64,000 bases of DNA from Blepharisma stoltei ATCC 30299 (GCA_965603825.1 CBFDEM010000047.1:310001-374000); one strand, 5' to 3'; numbered from the stretch's first letter, positions 44,764-58,569 are shown. The notes: generated by a model not told the origin, from the sequence alone. Made by a program: numbers and translations.

Positions 44764-46119
44764 TTAATAAGCATTTCTTCTATTATTCTTAGAATTAACC
44801 CATGCGTTTAAGTACTGAGAAAACAACTCTTTAGCATTTTCAGGGACATTTGTCAGGAATGGGTGAGCTAAAAGCTCTTCAGAACTAGCGCGTTCTTCAG
44901 GACTTTTTACAAGGCAGCGGTTTACAAAGTTGTTTAGGTTTGCACTCCACTTGGCAGGATTCCTAAAAGTTGGCGGTACTCCTGATGCAGTTAAGTATAA
45001 TGCTTTCATCGGATTCATATGAAGATTTGGTGGCTCTCCGTCAGCCATTTCAAGAGCTACAATACCAAGTGACCAAATATCTACTTTTACATCATATAAA
45101 GTCCCAGTAATCAGCTCAGGTGCCATCCAGCTTGGAGTACCTACAACTGTTGTCCTTTTATTTTGCTCAGTTGTTAGCTGTGCTGCATACCCAAAATCTC
45201 CAACTTTTACACTTCCGTCAAGAGCAATCAAAATATTATCACTTTTTATATCACGATGAATCCTATGTTGTCTATGTAGAAACAGTAACCCTTTCAAAAT
45301 TTCTCTAAAAACATACGCCATCGTGTCTTCACTGATTTCTCCTGCTCTATCTAGCACCAAATCAGTCAAGCTTCCTTTCATCAATTCTACCACAATCCAC
45401 AAAAATCAGTTATAATCATAAGATTCATAATAATTAATCACATTCGGGTTCGCGCTCATAATTGTCAAAGCAATTTCATTCAAAATTTGTTCCCTTTCTT
45501 TAGCATTTTTCGGTTTAATTTTCTTCAAGGCAAAAGCTTCTGACGTTTCTTTATTTTCGACATAAAATACAGCCCCAGAACCTCCTTCTCCCAGCTTGCC
45601 TTTGATTTGATACAATTCTTCGGGGTTCCTTTTCACTAGTTCAACTCTTTCGTGGGATCTTATGGTGAACTAAATGAAGCTTACACTTTCTCTATGTGGC
45701 ATTGGGGCTACACCTTCGATTACCAGGCTCATGACTCTTCGTATGTCTTCTTTGTTTTCCTCGACTTCATTTGAAGGGATTCCTGCTTCTATTGCTAGGA
45801 CTTCCCAATCATCTAAATTAATTTTGGAGTTTTCAATGTCCTTTGGGGAGGAATCGGGATGTGATGGCAAAATCGAGCTTTGTGAATTTGCAAGCATAGA
45901 CAAATTTCCTGAAAGGCCAGAATAGCAAGCTTTGCAGTATCGCCTTGAGGAGAGGAAGCCTGATCTTTTTTCTTTTATGCTGCATTCTCTACAAAAAATA
46001 GTTTCTACATAAAAATTACTACATATCCTGCATTTCCTTCTCTTGGAAGTCAACTTGAAGGTTTTTGAGCATCCAGAGCACTTGTAGTGTGGATCAAAAA
46101 TGCTAGCGAAAACATCCAT
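44764..46119 (-). CDS. STE20/PAK-like kinase with N-terminal FYVE-like zinc finger, about 446 aa
   Basis: GEGGSG, ALKK, HRDIKSDN, DFGYAAQL, TTVVGTPSWMAPE, and four CxxC pairs at the N-terminus. Intron at 45670-45684. Confidence 0.9.
45670..45684 (-). other. 15-nt spliceosomal intron
   Basis: GTAAGCTTCATTTAG on the minus strand; phase 0. Confidence 0.88.
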
Positions 46120-46457
46120 TTTCTAATACAAATTTATTATTAGACAATACTTTTTGAATTCATTGAAAATATTAGTTTCAAAATTTCAATTTTATAAACA
46201 AACTCTGAATTTTTTTATTTTAGGAATATTATTACATTCTGTTATGGGTGGAGAAATAAAATATGTAATAAATAGATTTCATTAATATTTAGCAATAAAT
46301 ACCAAAGAGATACTTTAAAATAAGGGCTGATTAATATCAATAAAGTCAAGTTTATATATTGCTGCTTATTGCTTTTAGAAAGGCTTTACTTCTCCCCCTT
46401 TGGGCGCTTCCACTTCGGGAATTCTTTTCGGCTTCATTTCTAGCTTTTTTCTCATAA

Positions 46458-46678
46458 GCTGAGCTCATACTTGATTTTCAATACCTTAATTGCTGTATAA
46501 TTTTATGTGTTCTACCTGAGCCAATCTTCTGAAATATTGATTAGTTAAGTATATTTTTATGTAATTATGCTGAACTCATACTAGATTTTCAAAAGCTTAA
46601 TTGCTGCATAATTTTATGTGCTCTACCTGGGGCAATCTTCTGAAATCTTGATTAGCCAGGCATACTATTATGTAATTA
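46458..46678. repeat. Two diverged direct tandem copies of a 111-bp intergenic unit
   Basis: GCTGAGCTCATACTTGATTTTC... at 46458 and GCTGAACTCATACTAGATTTTC... at 46569; both end in ATGTAATTA. Confidence 0.9.
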
Positions 46679-46690
46679 AGTTGATTAAAA

Positions 46691-49600
46691 TTATATACTG
46701 ATTTGTTCAGAATTAATATTTTCTTCTTGTGATTGCTCTATGCTCATACTTGGCAAGAGACAGTTTTGCATCAAAATTGTTTTATATTCATCCCTCTCTT
46801 TGGCGATCTCCATGAGTTCTTGGTTAAATTTAATTGTTTCTTTGGTTTCAATATTCTTCAGTGGTTCGTTAGTTACTTGTTTAGCCTTGGCTCCATAGTA
46901 TAAAGAAATCTGGGTTTCGTCTCTGTTAAAATGTGCTGGGCTTATATTTACAATCATTAGGGTTTTAGCAGAGCCACCTATAGAGTCACGCATAAGCATG
47001 GTCAACTTATTGTCTCTGTAAGGAATATGGCTATCTCCTCTAGCTAGTGCATTTATCACGTTTCCTAGTATAGTCAAGCTCTTATTAATCTCGTTGCCTT
47101 CCCTTAAGCCCTCAGCCGTAGCTTCTGTTTTTCCAATCCTTTCAGACCCAGCTAAATCTACAAAGCTAAGCTTCCCTATTGTTTTTTGGTCGGTGTTTCT
47201 ATTAGTCACTTCTATTAAAACACTAAAGATCGCGTGAGATCGAGAACTTTGAGTATTCATTTTGGTATTAGAAACGTGTCTGCCATCTATTCCTTTGTTA
47301 TAAATTAAGTGGAGCTCTTCAGCATTTCTGGGATGCTTTATAGTGGTTTCTGGGATAACAACCATCCCATGTGCATCTCTTACTATTGACAAATCTACTC
47401 TTTCGCTATTTTTTTGATAAGGTTTGAGAAGGTCAATAAGTGTTGTTTTGTAGAGCTCAACCATATAGCAAGACAGCTTAAATTCAAAGTTTGGACCAAG
47501 CTTTTTCATCATGGAGTATATCTCATCAATTGCTCTTGGGACAAGCCCTGCGTTAGAGTCTCTATCTCCTTGAATTGTATAGGTTTTACCTGAACCAGTC
47601 TGCCCATATGCAAAAATGCACACATTATACCCATCAATTGCACTTTGGATCAATTTTTTGGTGTCTTCAAACACTTCTTCTTGTGTAGATTGCGGCCCAA
47701 AAATCGAATCAAACGAAAACTGCTTAACAACCCCACTTTTCATCTCAAAAAACAATGTGAAATCGTCTCTAATTGTAACAGTGCTGGAGCAGTTTCTTGC
47801 AAGCTCCATTTCATTCATTGGCCTTACTCTACAAAACACTCTAATTTTCCCTTTCAAATCTTCAATGTAATTATGCAGCAATTTTCTCTGTATAAAAGAG
47901 TCCTTTAAATCTTGCTTTAAATTCTGTGCATTTTTCAATGCATCTTGCAATTTTCCAGCCAGATTTTCATTTTGCTCTCTCATTTCTTCGACTTCAATGG
48001 TGAGTTTTTCCTCTTTTATCCTTTCTTTTTCTTCATATTCTTGAAGGATTTCTCGGAATGCTGCTTCTGTTTCATTCTGGACTTGCTCTATTTCTTTTTT
48101 GTGTTTTTCGTTTTCCTGGATTATTTTGGTCTCAAATTCTTTTCGTTGCCGTTTATTTTCTTCTTCAACTCTTCTTAGTTGGTCTCTTACCATCTTGATT
48201 TCACTCATCAAAGAACTGTTTTCTTCTTGAAGCTTCTTCAGCTGGTTTAAAGCAGCATCACTTTTTTCTTTTAGATATTGAGCGTTTGGGTCTTTTTTTT
48301 CTCTTGCACTTTTTAGTTCTGTGAGTCAGCCATGGAGCTGGGCTTTTAAATTCGCAATTTCGCTGGTGTCAGCAACTGAAGATTCAGTGACCCTGGTAAT
48401 GAAATCTTGGTTGTCATTTTTTAGCACCTCCATCATTTCTAGATCTACTTGGTACTTTTTCTCCATTTCAGTTAATTTTTGCTTTAAATCGAAATTTTGT
48501 TTCTTTAAATTATTCATGGCAGTATCAAAAATCTTGCTTCCATTTGCTGCTTCGTTTTCAATAACTTGCTTTAATTTTTCTGTTTCTTGCCTATAATGGT
48601 CTCTTTCTGATTTCAAAGCTTGCATTTCTTGAAGATTTGAGTTTGAAATTATGCTGTTTGCGTCTAAAGATGTAGGAGTCTGAATATTTGGACGCTTTGC
48701 AAACTTGAATTTAGACCGAAGCTCTTTGCGTAGCTGGGCATTTTCTTTTTGTAAAGCATCAAGTTGCTCTTTATATTGAGGATCAGTGACATCTCCTGAC
48801 CTAAAAGACTTGTCTTTAGAGGGAGATGAAGAAAATGAGGTATCAACTGAAAGGTTCAATATATTTGAAGGACTCTGGGAACGAGTTCTCCTAGGTGTCG
48901 GAATTTTGTCTTCAATGCTTAATCCTTTTTCTTTAGCTTTTATTTTGGCAGCTTCCATCCTTTTCGCCATCGTATCTGTTTCTTTAAAAAAATAGTCATA
49001 AGAGCTATACAGTTCATTTATAGCTTCTTTATCATTTTTATCAGGCTTTCTTTTATTTTCCATCTCAAAGGTTTTGCTTCATTTAAGAATTTGGTTACGA
49101 AAATAGTATTTTTGTTTTCTGCACAATACATAGAGTTCTTTTTCTTTCTCATAGATCTCGTTATAAGCTTCACTATTAGGGATTTCTAGCTTCCCTATTA
49201 AATTTTCTAGCACAAGCTCACAGATTTCAGTCCTCATTTGATTCTCGTTTCCCTTTACTTTAGAAAGTTCAGCCAAAAGGTTGTCTTTTTCTTCAGAAAT
49301 TTCTTTCACCATGCATTCTCTTTGCTCAAATTCTTGCATTAGCTGCCTATTGAAATTCTCAATGTTTTCCCTGTCTGCATAAGCTTCTTCAAGCCTATGC
49401 TGGAGTTCTTTCTTATCGTTTTGCATAAGACCTAGCTGCTTCTCATATGAAATTTGCATAGAACTTATAGCTCTTTCTTTAGCAGCTTCTTTTTCATTCA
49501 TATCACGATTGTATTTCTGCAAAATTTCTTTCTTCTCTTGCTGCAGTCTATTGATTTTTTCTTCAAAATTATTAATTTGGCTTTCAGAAAAATCTTTAAG

Positions 49601-50098
49601 TTCCATCAATTCCATGCTTTTTTCTTCAATTGCTTTCCTATATTGCTCGACCTTTAGCTTTATTGCGTCTTTTCATTTATTTATAAATTCACAGAACCTT
49701 TCGTGGGTCTCTTTTTCAATATTGGAGTAGTTCGTATCCATTTCTTTTAAAAGAGCGCAATGCCTTTTATGCATTTTTTTCATTTCGTTTTCTATCATTT
49801 TGATTTGGTCGCGGGCCAGATTTGAAGGGATAAAAGCTGATTCTCGGCCTCGATATTGATGGGATCGGGGATGATCCCGCTCGGAGTCTATTGGAGATAA
49901 ATCGGATGGGCGATCATTTGAACCTATATCGCTTGGAATGGGGGAATTGTCACTAGCTGAGTAAATAAGCAAATTTGACCCCCCAGAGATTTTGCTATTA
50001 GGAGATATTTCATTGTGATCTTGGTTTGTGCTTCGGAAAGGGCTTGGGGATCGAAAATCTTCCTCACTTTCTTGAATTTCATATTGCTCTTCTGACAT
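46691..50098 (-). CDS. Kinesin-14-type protein (long coiled coil, C-terminal motor), 1135 aa
   Basis: LHNYIEDLKGKIRVFCRVRP neck, AYGQTGSGKT, SSRSH, VDLAGSE, HIPYRDNKLT. Four ORFs joined by TGA. Confidence 0.92.
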
Positions 50099-50279
50099 TT
50101 AAAAGTTTTAATTGAAAATAGATTTTTACGGGAAATTAAAAGCGGCTTAAAAAAGCTAAAAATAAAAACTACATTCATAAAATAATATAAAATATCAATT
50201 TTAGTATTCCAATTTTTTATTTTGAGATTTTTGGCTGCTGATTTCATTTAATAACCTTTTAGGTTTCCAGATTATAAAA

Positions 50280-50519
50280 ATGTCCGAGACGTCGGAGAGC
50301 GAGGTTAACATAAAGGAACTGGGCGAGATGTACGCAGAAATCACAATTCAATTCGAAGCAATTCCTGTAAAGGAGCCGGAAGTTAAAGAAATTATCCCCG
50401 ATGTCCCAAGCCCAACTCATAGTGAGCGAAGAAAGGCTTATCACTACCAAAAGCTTTTAAGGGAATATGAAGTCGCTGTGCTAGAAGGAATTAATGCAAA
50501 AAAAAATAACTTCAAGTAG
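50280..50519 (+). CDS. Small protein of unknown function, 79 aa
   Basis: GC-richer ORF in AT-rich flanks with an ATAAAAATG start context and a TAG stop. Confidence 0.6.
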   Translation: MSETSESEVNIKELGEMYAEITIQFEAIPVKEPEVKEIIPDVPSPTHSERRKAYHYQKLLREYEVAVLEGINAKKNNFK

Positions 50520-50947
50520 ACTTAATGCATTTCATTGTACAATTAGTGATGATTAATGATTTCTATTGGGAGAGTCTTTTGTTACTAAATAATTTTGCCT
50601 CAGTGATAATTTGAGAACAAAAAATAATAATTAAAAATTGAAAATTTAAGCTCCTTTTTCTTTTGATTTTATCCGGAGAAATTATTGCAAAAATCTATTT
50701 ATATCAATTAAATCAAAATTAAAGGCGTTATATAAGAAGTTTAAGATTTATTAAAATTAAACATCCCTCTCGCCTTGCTGAAAACTATATTATATAAGCT
50801 ATTTAAGAAATAGCAGGAATGATTAAAAATTATAATCCTTATTCATACAAACCTCATATCATTTTAGCATCCTTCTCGTGAGAAAAACGCTAGAAACTAT
50901 AACGAATTCTTATAAATCCTTTTAAAATCAAATAAAAAACCTTATAA

Positions 50948-53900
50948 ATGGCCATCTCTCTCTTCTTCCTATTTTTGACCCTGGCTTCTTCAAACATCCT
51001 GCCAGATCAATCTCATCCTTACCCCATTTCTCCTTCAAGCCCTAACTCAAACGAATCTGGCGTGGACTACTGATTTTACATTTCAATTGACAATCGCATT
51101 TCAAAGGGCGACTATTTGAATATTATCTTTCCTTCGCAATTTACTAACATCGGTATGACAAGCATCACAACCTGCTACATTAATGGTGTAAGTCATTCCT
51201 GCAGCAAATTTAGCGCAAACCAAGCTCAAATTACAGCGTCACAAGTAATTCCAGGGAACTCCCGCTTGCAAGTAAAAATCCCTGGCATTACAAACCCTAC
51301 AAGCGAAATTGGGACTGGTTGGTTCCAGATCTATTCACAATATGCTGTTGGGTTGCAGATTATTGACTCAAATGATGCGTTTGGGGTGATTGGATTTGCC
51401 CCAGAAGTGTCCAGCGTTACTGGGACAATTGCAATCGATTCAACAGGTGGAACAAGCGTGGTGGCAGTAAGCGGGAATTATGTTTTTACTATTACCCTTA
51501 CTAGTGCTATTACAGCTGGGACTCAGTTCAGAGTTAAGGTTCCTAGCCCTTATAGTATTAGTTCTTCAACTACTTGTACAGTGGTAACAACGACAACACT
51601 ACTTGGAACTTTTTCTTGTAGCAAAGCTAATGGAAATTTAGTCATTAGCGGATTAACTTCTACTGTAGCGTCAGGGACTGTGGTTAGCATTAAGGTTTCT
51701 GGGATTGTAAACCCTAGCTATGTAATCGCAGCTTCTTTTGTTAATTTTATTATAGAAACTTTGAGAGAAAATACTAGCATAGTCATTCACAGAGCCACAA
51801 TTCCGAATATTTTAGGGGTTGCAGGAACATTGACTGGAATTACCTTGGCTCCGTTTACAACGAGCTCTAGGTTTACTGAAGGGAATACTTTATATGCAAC
51901 TTTAACTTTTACAACTGCAACCAAAATTCCTCAAGGCGGATCTATTATTTTAATATATGATGCAACTATTGATTCTTCATCATGCTTAGTCCTTTCTGGG
52001 GTTCCTAACACTTCTTCTGGAGCTCGTCCTAGCTGCTCAATATCATCAGGTACGACTGCAACTATTACAAGTTTTGGCGCTATTGCTGCAAAAACTACTA
52101 TAAAAATTGTCAATTTGATTACAAGTCTATCTGCAAGCATCGGGCAAGTCAAGATCTACACTTATGACTCAAGTTCAAATCTTATCGATCAAGACTTGAC
52201 TCATGGAGGAGTTACTATGGAATCAGTCTATTCTGTTAATTCTGGATCTGTCGCATATTCGGTCACCGCTTTAAAACAAGGAACAATCACAATAAATATA
52301 GACCCTTACTATAATGTAGCTGCAAATGACGTTATAAACATTTATCTTCCTAATAATTTTACAACTACTTCAACTCAGACGTATACTTGCAAAATAGGAG
52401 GGGTTACTCCATCTGCATTTTCAGTGGTCAATGGGATTTTCAGCATAACTGTTGATGCTGGTACAGTTTTCAGCACAGGAAGCACTACTTCAATTGTATT
52501 AGGTGCAAGCGGCTCTGGGATCCAGTTTCCTCCTAACGCAACTTCATATTCAAATATTATAGAATGGGTCATAAGTATCACCCATTCTTCAAACTCAGAA
52601 GCAGGTACTTTGCAATCATCTTTAAGTAACGCACTTTTTGTGGCCGGATCTGGCCATACAGAGCTTTTTTATTCTGAAGTAACATCAAAGTACTCTGCAT
52701 ATACTTTTAAAATTCAGACAGATCTTGACCTTTGGAACAGTGGGACTAGGAAGTTTATGCTTTCTTTAACATTCCCTAACGATTATTCTAATGATCTAGG
52801 CACCGGAATTTCTTCCTCTGGGAGTATTCCTATTTATCTTTCATCTTTTACCACCACGAACTACACAACCCCATTAAGTTGCATATTAACCCCAGGCTCA
52901 ACCCCGGTAATAGTGATATCTGGTTTCGATCCTATCAAGGCCGGCACAATAATTTCGTTTACTTTTTTCATTAAAAATCCTACATCTGCTGGAAGTGGAA
53001 ATATCCAGGTGCAAACATATTATATAGATTATAACTCTATAGAAACAATATGCCAACAAGGAGATTTGGCTGTAACCTATACAACATCAGTTACAGCTTG
53101 AGATACAATGAGTGTTACAACCAGAAACACAACAGTTGTCAGTACTTCTACATGGTTTATTTTAGATTTATTACTAGCGAGCACAGCTTCTGTTGCTAAT
53201 GATTACCTCATGATCAATTTTCCTGGCGAATTTACTATAGACACTAAAAATTTTGTAGCGAAGATTGATGGAGAGGCAGTTGATAAGTATGTGATTTATG
53301 CGAATTCATATCAGCCAAGTATTGTTTTGAGCTTAGAAACAATAATATTAAACGCTAGTCCATCTGCTGCTAATGAACTTATACTCGAAGGAATTATCAA
53401 TGCTCCATATGTAGGCTCTGCATCTGGAAGTTCTGGTGTAATTGGTGTAGGACTAATTGATGGGACTTCGCATCAGATCCTAAGCTACTCAACAGATAGT
53501 TTGTCAGCTATCACTTCAGATACATTAAAAGTTACAATTATACCGAACAGCTATATAGCTAACCATTGTGATGTGACATATAAGTTCAGTATAACTACAG
53601 CTCATGGGATTCCATCTAGTGGAACAATTCAGATAAGTTTTCCGGTAGGATTTGACTTGGATTATTTTAGCTGCTCTTATTCATATTCTATATCGAGTGC
53701 AGGTGCCTGTGCAAAATCTGGCCAAATAATATCTGTTAGTGGTTTTAGTGCAATTGCAAGTGGCACCTCATTTAACGTTAATGTCCTCTCTGTTAAAAAT
53801 CCTAATTCAGGAGCTAGCGGGACTTTTACCATTACAACAACCTATACATCAAGCACATCAACTGTTATTGAAACAAAGACAGCATCTGGCTTTACTCTGA

Positions 53901-56900
53901 CTACAACTGACTCGGCAGAATACTCAAATATATATAAAATTGCATTCTACCCCGACACAAGTGGGACTAAAGGCCAAATGCAGCTCGATTTTGCATTGAA
54001 TTCATCAGTTCCTACACAAGGGGACCTGTACATAGAATTCCCCAGTAGCTTTTCATCCTTGCCATCCACTATGACGAAATGAAATTGCCTTTTGAACGTC
54101 CAGTATTCGTCTTGCTCTATATCAGGGCAGAAAATAACCATAGTCCCTGCCACAAGTTTCCCAACAGGCATTAATATGACTTTGATTATCCCTGAAATTA
54201 CAGTCCCATCTACAAGCTCGACTCCAGTTAAAATTTCAGCTTACTTGGATTCTACAGTAATGGCTGAAAATCCGCCAAGCCCAGGAAGCTCATTTTATAT
54301 TACGACAGGAACAGTCACTCCAGGTATAATCCAAGGCACCTTGACAGCTTGGCCAAAAAATGCAGCTGAAATAGCGTTTTACCAATTCGTACTTAAATCA
54401 GCGACTGGTATTACAACTACTACTCAAATTTTGGTATATTTCCCATCAGAATTCCCAAGAAACCTTGGAGACTTGATGGCATACTCCAATTGCAGTACTA
54501 GGATGGATGGAAAATTGCTTATCGTATCTAAAAGTATGGTTCATGGAGTACTTTTGCAAGGCTTTGTAAGTGTCGCTTCAAATCAGCCATTCACTATTTT
54601 ATTTGAAGGTGTTAGAAACCCTGAATCACCGACTTCGACTTCAGTGTTTTCTATAGTAACATTACTTAATGGAGCAATTATAGACTCACTATCTACATCT
54701 CTGACTGTCAGCATTTCATCGATACCATCTATCATGGATTTAGTAAGTATCAGCCTTGAAGATTATTCTATAAGGGCTACCACAGACTATACATTTTTAG
54801 CAAATCCTTCATATATCCCTTCAACTTTCCAAGTGTGGGTGTGGTTCCCATATCCCCAGTTTTCTATAGAGCTTTATGGACTCGGTGATATTTTTGAATG
54901 CAGCAGCAAATCTGTTTCTAAAATTTCAGGAGCCGGCACTGCTTGACCATCAACTACTCCTTCTTGCTCGAATACTCATAAAAACCTTGTAGTTTTCGAT
55001 GCAACTGGATCAGGGTTTTCTTCTTCAAACTACTTACAAGTAACGATTGAAGATCTAAAATCAACTGGCTCTGCTGGAATAGTTAATAATTTTGTGATGA
55101 TGATTTTTGATAAGAGCTCATTGTCGATTACATATAGAAATTATGGGATTGCTTCGACAGATGGCAATGTAGAATATTTAGAAGATAAGGCCCAGATCTT
55201 CGTTGGGTCTCAAGATGCAAGAATATCTGTTTCACCAGGGACAACAAGTAATTTCACTATATACACGTCTAGTGAATATATGCCAGCAAGACAAACGTTG
55301 ACATTTACTTATACTATTTTGGGCAGTAATGCAACTAATAATATAGCAATTGAGCCAAATATCATTCAAATTACACAAGGAGAGTCGTCAGTGACTTGCT
55401 TTGTGACTTGCTCTGCAGAAATTGTAAGAGGAAACTATACGATAAAATGGAATATGACTGGAGATACATATGGACTTTATAGTGAGCCTGCGTTTACCTT
55501 ATTAGATGTCTCATCCAGACGAATTGTGAAGAGAAAGGTTTCATTTGAAGGAATTCCTACATTGATGATTGGAGGCACGTCGATACCTTTGTATGTGTAC
55601 TTAGAAGCTGCTCCCGAAGATGGTTTGACGATTGTTGCCTCACCACCTAGCCTTATTACAGTATCCGCCATATCATTTTTGCCAGGGCAGTTTGTGACCA
55701 GTTTTACTGTTACTGTAGCTTCCACAGCCTATGTAGGAAGTGAAACCATAAATTTCACCTTATCAGGAACAAACTCAGACTGGTTTTATTTAGACTACAC
55801 TTCTTTAACTTTTGATTTAACGAATTATGATGTTACAGCTCCAGCAATTTCTTCGTTTATTGTTAATAATCCAAAAAATAGAAATTATATAGACATCACA
55901 ATGCAAACCACTGAGGCGTGTACTATTTATTGGACCTTTGGAGAAAGAGGATTAGATGTGCCAAGTAATGCCACTTTGATAGGCTCAGCCAAGAATAAAA
56001 CAGCTGGGTATCATCTTGAATATATCGGAGATAGCTGGCTTTATAACTTCAGAGTGAATAATCTAATAGCTGAGCATGACTATGTGATGTATGGAATTTT
56101 GGTGGATTTGAATAATAACGAGATGGATGACGTTTTTAGTGTCGACTTATATACAGATGATCTCCCTGATTCTGTGCAAATAACACTGAAATTTGGCAGT
56201 TTAACTCCAACTGCAGATCAAGCTCAGTCAACTGTAATAGCTGCTCTTAGCACCCTTTTAGACTACGACCAATCCTTGATTTCTTATGTGCAGCCTACGT
56301 CTAGGATGCTAGACACTCTTACTTCAGCTTCTTATATCATTTATAATAGTGCTACATCTACAGCATTAGCCCCACAAGAAATCGTCAGATACATGCTAAA
56401 CTCTAATGATCTTAACCGACTTCTAGCACCATCGAGCATATCAATTGATCTGACTTATAATATTGTAAAATCAATGGTTTATATATCTAACCCAAGGCCA
56501 ACATGGTATACATATCCAACTGTCAAGACAACAACAAATACAACTGTTAGTGTTGCTCTTGCAGTAACCACTTCAGGGACACTTTATGCTGAAATCATTC
56601 CAGATGGAAGTGAAATTCCTTCATCAAGGCAGGTAACTCTAGGACTGGATGCATTTGCAGATAAAGCTACAGTGTATTCTCAAGCCATAGTGGCAAATAC
56701 TTCAGTGACTGTGACATTTACTGGAATGAGCCCAGCAAGCAGCTATACTATTGTGATTACAGCAAAAAATAATAATTCAAGGCTTCCTAGAATTATGAGC
56801 GATAGAGTAATGGCAGCTCTAGAAATTATTACGCAAGCTACGTCTGCTACGACCACTACTACTAGTGAGGGGATTTGTTTGTTTATTTCGTGCCTTCTCT

Positions 56901-56914
56901 CGCTATTTTTATAA
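50948..56914 (+). CDS. Giant S/T-rich cell-surface protein, probably GPI-anchored, 1988 aa
   Basis: Signal peptide MAISLFFLFLTLASS, repeated beta-rich modules (I.FP..F ... I.NP), and a hydrophobic C-terminus ICLFISCLLSLFL. Four TGA=Trp. Confidence 0.88.
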
Positions 56915-57270
56915 AATAAAATCTTTATTATATTTTTACAACTAAAATATAGAGATCTAAATTTGATATGTATAGAAAAATTAAGTTAAAGAAAAATGGA
57001 TTGCAGAGCTAAGATTATGTTTACCAGTCATGAAAATTAGCTTACTTAGTTTTAAAACTAGTCATCAAATCTTAAAGGCAAACTTATGCAAATTATTCAT
57101 GAAGTTATTTTCATATCAATATATTTTTTAAATTTTTTATTAGTGAAAATTTGTATTTTGGATTAATAAAATTAAAATTAATGATCTAAGATGGGTTCAT
57201 CTAGTGGACTTAAATATTCATTTGGTATGATACACAAGTTATGCAGAGCCAGCTACTTATGCGATCTTTT

Positions 57271-57501
57271 TTAAATTTCCATGCACAGATCGGTAACTGT
57301 TTTTGATGGCTTAGCGAATTCTCTTATATAATTGCAAGTTTCATCAATTTTAAAGTCACTGATTTTGTCGTGTTGCTGCTGAGTTGTAACAAAAAGGAAA
57401 GAAAGTCTAAAAGCAAGTCTATCGCCATAGCTTGGCTTAGCTACTGCCATTTTTAAAGACACTGCGAGCCGCAGGAAACCCATAATCGAATCAAACTCCA
57501 T
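57271..57501 (-). CDS. Possible small protein, 76 aa
   Basis: ATG in an AT-rich context and a TAA stop; no recognisable motif. Confidence 0.3.
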   Translation of the reverse strand: MEFDSIMGFLRLAVSLKMAVAKPSYGDRLAFRLSFLFVTTQQQHDKISDFKIDETCNYIREFAKPSKTVTDLCMEI

Positions 57502-57600
57502 TAATATTTTAAGTAATCTAGCATCGGAAGTTCAAACTGATGCGTCACATGCAATTCAGCTTAATTTACATCAAAAAATATTATTTTTAAATATTTTCAT

Positions 57601-58569
57601 CTATTCAACTAACTTTCCATTTATCCACTCTCCTTCAATTCGTTCTCCTCTACTTCCAATGTATGTCCCTTTGCCATGCTGCTTTCCATTTTTCCAATAT
57701 CCCATGTATTTCTTTCCACTCGGCCATTCGAATTCTCCGTACCCTTCCTTCTTATCGTTCACATATTCTCCCCTATAAACTCTTCCGTCAGGCCATGTGA
57801 ATTTACCGCTGCCATGCATTTTGTTATCCCTTCATTCTCCTTCATAGACTTTTCCATCTTCCCATGTATAAATTCCTCTACCATGTATGTTGTTATAGAA
57901 GAATTCGCCTTTATATACAGAATTTTCAGCTCAATGGAATTCTCCATATCCATGCTTTAGACCGTTAAGGTAATTTCCGCAGTAATAAGCTCCATCAGTC
58001 CAGGTCTCGACGCCATAGCCTTCTTGTTTGTCATCAACCCATGATCCTTCATAGGTTGCACCATGGAAGTGAATGTATTTTCCTCTTCCATGGGCTTTAT
58101 CATTTTTTCATTCTCCTTCATATACATCTCCATCTGCGTGAATCAGTCTACCATGGCCATTAGCTCTATCATCTTTTCAGTAACCTACGTATTTTGACCC
58201 ATCTTCCCATAGAAAAATGCCTCTGCCTGATTTCTTGCCAAATTGATCAAGCTGACCAATATAAGTTCATCCTTCTTTAGATCGAATAGGAGGGCCAAGG
58301 TCGTCTAAGCAATTATCGTCAGATTTAAACTGATATTGGCCTAGCCTAGATTCAGCAGCTCTTGCTTTTTCGCTTGCAGAGGAGTAGTAGTCTAAAAAAA
58401 GCTTCTTAGATGTGTCTTCAGTGAGAGGATTTGTAAGAACTGAGCCTGGGAGCTCACTTTCTTTGAGAGACTTTTCGCGTTTTCGCTCACTAGATAAATT
58501 AACGATTTCCATATCTGGGTGCGCTTCATTTTTTGAGCCATCTCCAAAGCAGCCACAGCTGTTTCCCAT
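57601..58569 (-). CDS. MORN-repeat protein with N-terminal acylation motif, 322 aa
   Basis: MGNSCGCFG; YEGE(W)KNDKAHGRG-type repeats; five TGA, several at MORN Trp positions. Confidence 0.92.
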
